Assembly (NCBI GenBank): GCA_035468985.1
Contig: DATISF010000043.1
Coordinates: forward strand, 13,590-77,589
From: Thermoanaerobaculia bacterium
GTDB lineage: Bacteria > Acidobacteriota > Thermoanaerobaculia > Gp7-AA8
Reading direction: 5' to 3'
DNA length: 64,000 nucleotides
Shown here: piece by piece, positions 56,706 through 64,000 of the stretch
Position numbering within the stretch: the stretch's first letter is position 1
Layout: each line of letters starts with the position of its first letter
Program-made: the position numbers and the translations under genes
The notes under the pieces: generated by a model
The model's database searches: none
Told to the model about the DNA's origin: nothing
What the model saw: the letters and a program-made list of their open reading frames with translations, nothing else

Positions 56706-57805
56706 CCGAGGTCCTCACCACGACCAACACGCACGGGCTCTCCAGGGACGAGCTGCTCGAGATCGATTACTACCTCCGCCTCACGCGCACGCTCGAGGAG
56801 CGCCTGGTTGCGCTCTTCCGCCAGACGAGGGTGATCGGCGGCCTCTATCGATCGCTGGGACAGGAAGGCGAATCCGTCGCGGCCGCGTATGCCCTCGAGT
56901 ACGAGAAGGGTGACGTCGTGCAGCCGCTGATCCGCAACCTGGGATCGATCCTCGTCGCCGGCGCGAAGCCGGTGGACATCCTCAAGCAATACATGGCCAA
57001 GGGCGACAGCCCGACGCGCGGCCGCGAGCTGAACATTCACTTCGGCCATCCGGCCACCGACGGCTTCATCGGCCAGATCTCGATGCTCGGCGACATGATC
57101 CCGGTGATGGCCGGAATCGCGCTGGCGGGACGGATGCAGAAGAAGGAGCTCGTCGGCCTGGCGTTCATCGGCGACGGAGGCTCATCGACCGGGGCGTTCT
57201 GGGAAGGGATGAACTTCGCGTCCGTGCAGAAGCTACCGCTGGTCGTGATCGTCGAGAACAACGGCTACGCGTACTCGACGCCGACGACGAGGCAGAGCGC
57301 GGTGAAGAGGCTCGCCGACAAGGCGGTTGGCCTGGGATGCTTCGGCGACACCGTCGACGGCAACGACGTGCTCGCGGTGTACGGCGCGACACGCCGTGCG
57401 GTCGAGCGCGCGCGACACGGCGAGGGCGTCACGCTCCTCGAAGTGAAAACGTTCCGCATGAAGGGACACGCCGAGCACGACAACCAGGCCTACGTTCCGC
57501 CCGAAATGATCGAGGAGTGGAAGGCGAAGGACCCGATCCCCCGCTTTGAGCGCGTGCTTCTCGATATCGGCGCCGCAAAGACCGAGGACTTCGAATCGAT
57601 CCAGCACAGGGTGAAGAGTGAAGTCGATGCGGCCACCGACGAAGCCGAGCGTTCGCCGATGCCGCAGCCGGACGAAGTGGCGAGAGGTCTGTTCGCGGGC
57701 GACGGATATTGGGATCAACCGAATTCCGAATCCCGAATCCCGGATCCCGAATCCCGGATCCCGGATCCCGAATCCCGAATCCCGAATCCCGAAAACAATG
57801 CCTGA
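56702..57805 (+). CDS. 2-oxo-acid dehydrogenase E1 component, alpha subunit (TPP-dependent)
   Basis: TPP-binding GDGGSSTGAFWEGMNFA...VIVENNGYAYST. GTG start overlapping the lpdA stop. C-terminal tail ESRIPDP x3 encoded by a 7-nt repeat. Confidence 0.8.
   Translation: MTEVLTTTNTHGLSRDELLEIDYYLRLTRTLEERLVALFRQTRVIGGLYRSLGQEGESVAAAYALEYEKGDVVQPLIRNLGSILVAGAKPVDILKQYMAKGDSPTRGRELNIHFGHPATDGFIGQISMLGDMIPVMAGIALAGRMQKKELVGLAFIGDGGSSTGAFWEGMNFASVQKLPLVVIVENNGYAYSTPTTRQSAVKRLADKAVGLGCFGDTVDGNDVLAVYGATRRAVERARHGEGVTLLEVKTFRMKGHAEHDNQAYVPPEMIEEWKAKDPIPRFERVLLDIGAAKTEDFESIQHRVKSEVDAATDEAERSPMPQPDEVARGLFAGDGYWDQPNSESRIPDPESRIPDPESRIPNPENNA
57709..57785. repeat. heptanucleotide microsatellite (CCGRATC) x ~10-11
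   Basis: ccgaatt ccgaatc ccgaatc ccggatc ccgaatc ccggatc ccggatc ccgaatc ccgaatc ccgaatc ccgaaaa, immediately 5' of the E1beta ATG (57798) and inside the E1alpha 3' end. Confidence 0.9.
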
Positions 57806-58772
57806 AACAACATACCTGGACGCAATCCGAACAGCGATGGCCGAAGAGATGGAGCGCGACGAGCGCGTCTTTCTCATCGGCGAGGACGTCGGCGTCTACG
57901 GCGGCGCGTTCAAGACCAGCGCGGGCCTGATCGAACGGTTCGGGCCGCAGCGCGTTGTCGACACTCCCATCTCCGAGATCGCCATCGTCGGCGCGGCATC
58001 GGGCGCAGCGCTCATGGGCATGCGTCCGATCGCGGAGATGCAGTTCATCGATTTCATCACCTGCGCGTACGACATGCTCGTCAATTTCACCGCCACGTCG
58101 CGATATCGCGTCGGCAGCAGCTGCCCGATCGTCGTGCGCGGTCCGGCCGGCGCCGGCGTTCACGGCGGGCCGTTCCATTCGCTGAGTCCCGAGGCGATGT
58201 TCATGAACCGGCCCGGGATCAAGATCGTGTCGCCCGGAACGGCATACGACGCGAAGGGCTTGCTCAAGTCCGCGATCCGCGACGATGACCCCGTGCTCTT
58301 CATCGAGCACAAGTTTCTCTACCGCCGCATCAAGGAGGATCTGCCGGCCGAAGACTTCACGGTGCCGATCGGAAAAGCGAACGTTCGCCGCAAGGGAAAG
58401 GATCTTTCGATCATCACCTGGGGCGCCATGATCTATATCGCCGACGAAGCGGCCGACGAGCTGGCGAACCATGGCGTGAGCGCCGAGATCATCGACCTGC
58501 GCTCGATCCTGCCGTTCGATGAAGAGGCAATTCTCGAATCGGTGTCGAAAACGAATCGCGTGATCATCCTTCACGAAGCGCCGATGACCGGCGGTGCGGG
58601 CGCCGAGTTCGCCGCGCGCATCGCCGAGAAGGCGTTCGATTATCTCGACGCCCCGATCAAGCGCGTGGCCTCGCTCGATGTTCCGACACCCTACTCGCCG
58701 CCGCTCGAGGCGGCCTACCTCCCCAACAAGGACAAAGTGCTCGCCGCGGCGCGCGAGTTGCTCGCCTACTGA
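57798..58772 (+). CDS. 2-oxo-acid dehydrogenase E1 component, beta subunit
   Basis: 324 aa. Transketolase-like pyrimidine-binding and C-terminal domains (FLIGEDVGVYGGAFK, IVSPGTAYDAKGLL). Confidence 0.85.
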   Translation: MPETTYLDAIRTAMAEEMERDERVFLIGEDVGVYGGAFKTSAGLIERFGPQRVVDTPISEIAIVGAASGAALMGMRPIAEMQFIDFITCAYDMLVNFTATSRYRVGSSCPIVVRGPAGAGVHGGPFHSLSPEAMFMNRPGIKIVSPGTAYDAKGLLKSAIRDDDPVLFIEHKFLYRRIKEDLPAEDFTVPIGKANVRRKGKDLSIITWGAMIYIADEAADELANHGVSAEIIDLRSILPFDEEAILESVSKTNRVIILHEAPMTGGAGAEFAARIAEKAFDYLDAPIKRVASLDVPTPYSPPLEAAYLPNKDKVLAAARELLAY

Positions 58773-58774
58773 CG

Positions 58775-59257
58775 ATGTTCCGGCCCGTCCCGATTGCCGG
58801 CGTTTCCGGCCACCTCTTTCTCCACAGCATGCCGGGCCGTCACGAGCTCTTCGATGATGCGAAGGCGGCGATCGCCGGCAGCAGAATCCAGCAGGTGATC
58901 TGCCTCACGCCTGATTTCGAGATCGAGGAGAAGAGTCCCCACTACGCCAAAGCGATTGCCGAGGGCGTGCCGTGGGAGCACGTATCGCACCCGGTCTCCG
59001 ATTTTGGAGTTCCCGACGACGCGCCGGCGTTTGAACGGCTCGCGCGGAGCGTCGCCGATTCGCTGAAGCGAGGCGAGAACGTGCTCGTCCACTGTGCGGC
59101 AGGAATCGGGCGCACCGGGACGTTCGCCGTTGCCGTGCTTTGCCAGCTCGGGTACGAGTTGCACGAGGCACGCAAGATCGTCTACGAGGCCGGCTCGAGC
59201 GCCGAATCGCAGGCGCAGATCGAATTCCTCGAGAGCATTTGCCGCACGCCATCCTGA
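58775..59257 (+). CDS. protein-tyrosine / dual-specificity phosphatase family protein
   Basis: Catalytic P-loop VHCAAGIGRTG (CX5R). 160 aa. TGA stop lies inside the following palindromic repeat. Confidence 0.65.
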   Translation: MFRPVPIAGVSGHLFLHSMPGRHELFDDAKAAIAGSRIQQVICLTPDFEIEEKSPHYAKAIAEGVPWEHVSHPVSDFGVPDDAPAFERLARSVADSLKRGENVLVHCAAGIGRTGTFAVAVLCQLGYELHEARKIVYEAGSSAESQAQIEFLESICRTPS

Positions 59258-59323
59258 GCCGCGCAGACGGCGAAGGAACTCGAGCTCCGGATTCTGAGAT
59301 CCTTCGCTGCGCTCAGGATGACG
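59249..59323. repeat. palindromic intergenic repeat element, copy 3
   Basis: CCATCCTGAGCCGCGCAGACGGCGAAGGAACTC ... GAGATCCTTCGCTGCGCTCAGGATGACG. Confidence 0.6.
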
Positions 59324-59509
59324 TGTGGCTAGCGCTTGCGATGCCAGGAACTTTTGGATCACATCCAGGTGTTTCCGGGCGATCGAACGGCAGACGCTCG
59401 TACATCTTCCCGCCCGCGACGTGCCCTGCCAATGTCATCCTGCAGACGACCGGAAGGTTGCTCGCGTGTGACATTTGCATTAAAAAGCGGTCCCGGTGAG
59501 GAGTGACGA

Positions 59510-60829
59510 ATGGCTACCGATGTCCTGATGCCGCAGATGGGTGAGTCGATCGCCGAGGGAACAGTCTCCCGGTGGATCAAGAAAGTGGGAGATCGCGTCG
59601 AGCGCGATGAGCCGCTGCTGGAAATCTCGACCGATAAGGTCGATGCGGAGATCCCCTCCCCGGCCACCGGAACGCTGACCGAGGTGCTCGTTCAGGAAGG
59701 GCAGACGGTGGCGGTGAATTCGGTCGTGGCTCGCATTGCGGCCGAGGGAGAGGCGGCGGCGACCAAGACGGTCGAGACGCCGAAGCCCGCGGCCGAGGCA
59801 CCGAAGGCTGCTCCGGCGCCGGCGCCGCCACGGACTGCAGCCCCGGCTCAAGCCGGTGCTCCATCTCCATCGGATCTCCTCACGTCATCGGATAACCTCA
59901 CGTCGCTCGAAGAGCGCCGGCGCACGAAGTCCTCGCCGCTCGTCCGCAAGATCGCGAAAGAGAACAACGTCGACATCGCCCAGATCCAGGGATCGGGCGT
60001 GTCGGGTCGCGTGACGAAGACCGACATTCTCGAGTTTCTGCAGCAGCCCGCCGCCGCCGCTCAATCCGCTCCCGCCTCCACGCGCGAGACGCGCGTCGCG
60101 CCACAAGCTGCTCCTCAGTTCGCACCCGGCGAGACCGTCCGCATCGAGCCGCTGTCGGTCATGCGCAAGAAGATCGCCCAGCACATGGTGCTGTCCAAGC
60201 AGACCTCCGCTCACGTCACGACGGCCTTCGAGGTCGACTTCACGGCAATCGAGCGCCTGCGCCAGGAGCACAAGCAGAGCTACAGCGAACGCGGAGCGAA
60301 GCTCACGTATTTGCCGTTCATCGTGCAGGCCGTCATCGAGGGTCTGCGCGCGTTCCCGATCCTCAACGCGTCGATGGACGAGAACAGTGTCATTTACCAC
60401 CGCGAGCTGAACATCGGCATCGCCGTCGCGCTCGAGTGGGGCCTGATCGTTCCCGTGCTGAAGAGAGCCGACGAGAAAAACATTCTCGGCATCGCCCGCG
60501 GCATCAGCGACCTCGGCGAACGCGCCCGCTCGAAGAAGCTCAGTCCCGAGGATGTGCAGGGCGGAACGTTCACCATCACGAATCCGGGCGTGTTTGGCGG
60601 TCTGTGGGGCGCGCCGATCATCAATCAGCCGCAGGTGGCGATCCTCGGAGTCGGCGGCGTGCACAAACGTCCGGTGGTCATCGAATCAGAGGCGGGCGAC
60701 TCGATCGCCATCCGGTCGATGTGCATCCTGACGCTGACCTTCGATCACCGCCTGGTCGACGGCGCCGTGGCCGACCAGTTCATGGCCCTCCTGAAATCTG
60801 TAATCGAGAGCGGACAGTTTACGATGTAG
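59510..60829 (+). CDS. dihydrolipoamide acyltransferase (E2) of a 2-oxo-acid dehydrogenase complex
   Basis: Lipoyl domain EISTDKVDAEIPSPATG. Ala/Pro linker. E3-binding domain. Catalytic DHRLVDGA. Confidence 0.85.
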   Translation: MATDVLMPQMGESIAEGTVSRWIKKVGDRVERDEPLLEISTDKVDAEIPSPATGTLTEVLVQEGQTVAVNSVVARIAAEGEAAATKTVETPKPAAEAPKAAPAPAPPRTAAPAQAGAPSPSDLLTSSDNLTSLEERRRTKSSPLVRKIAKENNVDIAQIQGSGVSGRVTKTDILEFLQQPAAAAQSAPASTRETRVAPQAAPQFAPGETVRIEPLSVMRKKIAQHMVLSKQTSAHVTTAFEVDFTAIERLRQEHKQSYSERGAKLTYLPFIVQAVIEGLRAFPILNASMDENSVIYHRELNIGIAVALEWGLIVPVLKRADEKNILGIARGISDLGERARSKKLSPEDVQGGTFTITNPGVFGGLWGAPIINQPQVAILGVGGVHKRPVVIESEAGDSIAIRSMCILTLTFDHRLVDGAVADQFMALLKSVIESGQFTM

Positions 60830-60913
60830 CTGCTGCAAGTCCTTCCGGCAGTCCCCGTCCTGCTTTTCGCGCTGAGCGCATCGGCGCAGTACATCCCTCC
60901 CATCCCCAGGACG

Positions 60914-62668
60914 GTGGGCGGTGGCCGCGCCCTCCATCACCACGGCGATATCCCTCTTCCCCCTCCGAACGAGCGATGGGTGCGAGCGCGTTCGAAACAC
61001 TTTCTGACCATCAGCGGCGCACCCCCGTGGAGAACGCGCCAGGTGGTCAGCGAGCTGGAAACGGTCGCCGCCGCGCTCCGCGAAGTCGATCGCCACTTTG
61101 CCGCCGAAGGTGAGCCGACGCGGATGATTCTCTTCCCGCGCAGTCGCGATGCCGCGCCGTACCTCGATCTACTTGTCGGCAATCGGTCTGCAGGCGCATT
61201 CGTCGTCAGTGCCGGCGGGGACGGAACGATGCTCATTGATGGCGCACGGCCCTTCGCCGATCGCACGGTCTTCCACGAGCTCGTGCACAACCTGCTGGCG
61301 AACAGCGGGACGCACCTCCCGCTCTGGCTCGAGGAAGGGATGGCGGATTTCTACAGCACGGCCGAGGTCAACGGGAATGTCGTCAGGCTGGGGCGCCCGG
61401 GGGCAGTCACCGCGGTGATCGGCCGCTCGAACATGCCGGTCGAGGATCTGTCCGCGGTGAAACCCGGCTCGGAGCTGTCGACGGATGTCCGGTTCTACGC
61501 CATGGCCTGGACCGTCGTCGACTGGATGATGCGTCTCAACCGGGCCGAGTTCTTCGCATTCGTCGATGACGTCGAGCAGGGGACCGCAGCCACCGATGCC
61601 TTTCGCAAACACTTCCACATGGAGGTGAGCGCGATGCAGCACAGCCTGCAGACATCGGCGCTGCGGCCGCCGGCGACGATGACCGTTCGCCTCCCGGCCC
61701 GGCCGGATGCTCCGGAGCTCCAGCCGCTCGAGCACGACGATGTCCTCCTGGAGCTGGCCACGTTCCTCGGCTCGTTCAGCGCCACGCGACCCGATGCCGA
61801 GCGATTTGTCACCGCGGTCACGCAACCGAACGCCCGCGCGGTCGCCGCACTGGCTTCCATGCGCGCGCGCGACAAGCGCTACGACGATGCCTGGAAGCTG
61901 TTCGATCAGGCCATGAAGATCGATCCGGCGGACGTTCAGATCCGGCTTGCCTTTGCCGAGTCGCTGCTTCGCAACGCGCTCGGTCCCTTCACAGGAACGA
62001 CGGACGTCGAGAAGAGCGATGGACCGCGTTTTCTCAGAGCGCGACAGCTCGCCGCAGAGGCGCTGGCGGCCGGCGGCGATTCGTCGCGTGCGAACGCGGT
62101 CATCGGCACGAGTTATCTCATCGAAGACGATGTGAAGCCGGGAATCGAGGCGCTGCAACTGGCGCGCGGCACGGCGCCGGACCGTTACGACGTTGCGCTG
62201 AATCTTTATGCCCTCCTCCTTCGGAACGGGCAGCGCGAGGAAGCCGAACAGCTGTTTCGCGACATCTCGGCACAGGCACGGACGCCGCAGGCGATTTTTG
62301 CGGCGCGTGCGGTTGCGGTACGCGAACAGCTCGCGCTGGCCAATCGGCTGCTCGGGGAGACACGGGTCGACGAGGCCATCATCATCGTGCAGCAGCTGAT
62401 GGAGGCGACACCCGATCCGGAGGCCAAGGCGGACCTGCAGCATCAGCTCGTGCGACTGCACGAATTGGCCGAGGCGAACCGGCAGATCAACACATACAAC
62501 GAGGCCATCCGCGCCGCGAACGCCGGCGAGACGCAGAAGGCCATCGATATGCTCGACCATCTCCTCCAGACCGCTACCGATCCGGATGTCGTGCGCGACG
62601 CGACGGACTTCCGGAAACGCCTTCAGAAGCGCCTGGCGGGAATGCGGCGGTCCCGGCGTCCGCTATAG
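60914..62668 (+). CDS. putative secreted zinc metallopeptidase (HExxH, DUF1570-like) with C-terminal TPR-like helical region
   Basis: FHELVHNLL ... EEGMADF. C-terminal helical repeats. GTG at 60914 is the first canonical start, but a signal-peptide-like sequence is encoded in frame upstream (60830-60913). Confidence 0.45.
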   Translation: MGGGRALHHHGDIPLPPPNERWVRARSKHFLTISGAPPWRTRQVVSELETVAAALREVDRHFAAEGEPTRMILFPRSRDAAPYLDLLVGNRSAGAFVVSAGGDGTMLIDGARPFADRTVFHELVHNLLANSGTHLPLWLEEGMADFYSTAEVNGNVVRLGRPGAVTAVIGRSNMPVEDLSAVKPGSELSTDVRFYAMAWTVVDWMMRLNRAEFFAFVDDVEQGTAATDAFRKHFHMEVSAMQHSLQTSALRPPATMTVRLPARPDAPELQPLEHDDVLLELATFLGSFSATRPDAERFVTAVTQPNARAVAALASMRARDKRYDDAWKLFDQAMKIDPADVQIRLAFAESLLRNALGPFTGTTDVEKSDGPRFLRARQLAAEALAAGGDSSRANAVIGTSYLIEDDVKPGIEALQLARGTAPDRYDVALNLYALLLRNGQREEAEQLFRDISAQARTPQAIFAARAVAVREQLALANRLLGETRVDEAIIIVQQLMEATPDPEAKADLQHQLVRLHELAEANRQINTYNEAIRAANAGETQKAIDMLDHLLQTATDPDVVRDATDFRKRLQKRLAGMRRSRRPL

Positions 62669-62671
62669 CGA

Positions 62672-63748
62672 TTGCCAATGCGCCGTTGCGATCTTCATCA
62701 GCTCCATCTCGTGACTTACGAGAACGGCATGAAGCTTCAGCAGAAGCTGGCGGAGATGCGCCAGCGCGATGAGATCGACGACCAGCTCCTTCTCCTCGAG
62801 CATCCCGCTGTGATCACCCTCGGCCGCGGCGGCAAGATCGGCAATCTGCTCGCCTCCCCCGATGTGCTTCGCCGCGAGCGCGTCCGCTTCTTCGAGACCA
62901 CGCGTGGCGGCGACATCACCTACCACGGCCCCGGCCAGGTCGTCGGCTACCCGATCGTTCACCTCGGGAACGGCAACCGAGACGTGCGCAAGTACGTCAC
63001 GAAGCTCGAAGAGGTGTTGATCCGGACCGTCGCCGAATACGGGATCGTGGCGGCGCGCGCCGAGGGAAAGCGCGGGATCTGGGTCGGCAACAACAAGATC
63101 GCGGCGATCGGAGTGCGCATTGCCCGCTGGGTCACCTCCCATGGTTGGGCGCTGAACGTAAACACGAATCTCGATCGCTTCCGGCTCATCACGCCGTGTG
63201 GACTGCACGGGACGGGCGTGACGTCGATGGAAAGGGAGATCGGTCACCCCGTGGCGATGGACGAAGTGCGCGAGGTCGTGGCCGCCAGATTTGCGGAAGT
63301 TTTCGAGCGCGAGCTCGTCCCGCGCAGCGAAACCATCCGGCTGGTGAAGGTCGTCGTCCGCGACGGCGATCGCGTGCTTCTCCTTCACCGCCGCAGAGAA
63401 CGCGGCGATTACTGGCAGCCGATCACCGGATCGATCGAAGACGGCGAGTCGGCCGACCAGACCGCTCGCCGCGAGATCCTCGAGGAGACCGGCCAGACCG
63501 GCGAACCGGTGTCGCTCGGAATCACGCAATCGTTCATGATCGAATCGCACTTCCTTGCGGCACGTTATCCGTCCCCGATCATCGCCAGCGAAGTCGGATT
63601 CACCGCCTCATTCGACTCCAACCTCCCCATTCGCCTCGATGGGCTGGAACACGATCAATACGGCTGGTTCACCTTTGGCGAAGCCTATGAAAGGATTCAC
63701 TGGACCGACGATCGGGAAGCGTTGGAGATCGTCGAGGCCAGAACATGA
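62672..63748 (+). CDS. lipB: octanoyltransferase LipB fused to a C-terminal NUDIX hydrolase domain
   Basis: LipB blocks RGGDITYHGPGQ, catalytic C (PCGL), K (NKIAAIG). C-terminal Nudix box GSIEDGESADQTARREILEETG. Confidence 0.7.
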   Translation: MPMRRCDLHQLHLVTYENGMKLQQKLAEMRQRDEIDDQLLLLEHPAVITLGRGGKIGNLLASPDVLRRERVRFFETTRGGDITYHGPGQVVGYPIVHLGNGNRDVRKYVTKLEEVLIRTVAEYGIVAARAEGKRGIWVGNNKIAAIGVRIARWVTSHGWALNVNTNLDRFRLITPCGLHGTGVTSMEREIGHPVAMDEVREVVAARFAEVFERELVPRSETIRLVKVVVRDGDRVLLLHRRRERGDYWQPITGSIEDGESADQTARREILEETGQTGEPVSLGITQSFMIESHFLAARYPSPIIASEVGFTASFDSNLPIRLDGLEHDQYGWFTFGEAYERIHWTDDREALEIVEART

Positions 63749-64000
63749 GCACGCCCGTCAACCGCCGCGCAGGCCATCGTCCGGAGTGGCTGAAGATCCG
63801 CGTTCCGGGCGATCTCGATCAGCTCCCTCTGTCGAAGCTGATGAACGACCTCGCGCTGAACACGGTCTGCCAGGAAGCTCGCTGTCCGAACATCTTCGAA
63901 TGCTGGAACGCCGGGACCGCCACGTTCATGATCCTCGGCGAAGTCTGCACGCGCCGATGCACGTTCTGCGCGGTCACGAAGGGCAAGCCCCTGCTCGCCG
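63745..64000 (+). CDS. lipA: lipoyl synthase LipA (N-terminal part; continues beyond window)
   Basis: CQEARCPNIFECW auxiliary-cluster motif and radical-SAM CTRRCTFC. ATGA overlap with lipB. Confidence 0.85.
   Translation, partial: MSTPVNRRAGHRPEWLKIRVPGDLDQLPLSKLMNDLALNTVCQEARCPNIFECWNAGTATFMILGEVCTRRCTFCAVTKGKPLLA

Noticed and set aside
57709-57785. Possibility that the 7-nt tandem repeats are a CRISPR array
   Set aside because: Units are only 7 nt with no spacers and lie inside a coding sequence. This is a microsatellite, not CRISPR.
59510-60829. Idea that the E2 TAG is read through into the downstream signal-peptide-like frame
   Set aside because: No evidence for programmed read-through. 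More parsimonious explanations are a non-canonical start or coincidence. Retained only as a low-interest finding.

Overview
High-GC (roughly two-thirds G+C) chromosomal segment, most likely from an Acidobacteria-like bacterium. Supporting this: a secreted vWFA protein of the 'VWFA-related Acidobacterial domain' type (TIGR03436), several Hanks-type Ser/Thr kinases, an MglA-type GTPase and a TonB-dependent receptor. Gene content is a mix of core and accessory functions. Core: an rpsU-mutS2-dnaG-rpoD macromolecular-synthesis cluster, udk, murJ, nadA, thrC-like, tRNA-Leu(UAA), and a 2-oxo-acid dehydrogenase operon (E3-E1alpha-E1beta-phosphatase-E2) followed by lipB(-NUDIX fusion) and lipA. Accessory/signalling: (i) a minus-strand chemosensory cluster (MCP-CheA-CheD-GAF-CheY-EAL-REC) next to an NtrC/PAS-kinase pair; (ii) a minus-strand operon of MurJ, two Opp-type ABC ATPases, TolC, a Yip1/YknW-like membrane protein and a MacB/LolD-type ATPase, with no ABC permease; (iii) a cupredoxin, a sensor-HAMP-cyclase-like-Ser/Thr kinase and three small enzymes in one cluster; (iv) a TonB-dependent receptor translationally coupled to a Tat-exported FAD oxidase. 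The most unusual part is two tandem giant secreted paralogs (1465 and ~1089 aa). They are built from Cys-bracketed FN3-like repeats plus a duplicated ~220-aa C-terminal module I cannot assign to a known family. That module also occurs as a stand-alone secreted protein 30 kb upstream, and both giants end in the identical octapeptide DPTYVPAQ. Other non-coding features: a family of ~75-95 bp palindromic intergenic repeats (3 copies, two of which supply stop codons), a 7-nt microsatellite (CCGRATC x ~10) exactly at the E1alpha/E1beta junction, two clean intrinsic terminators, and a ~450-bp atypical intergenic region that may encode a small RNA or peptide. No CRISPR array, transposase or integrase was recognised. 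All calls rest on reading the six-frame translations by eye. No database search was run.
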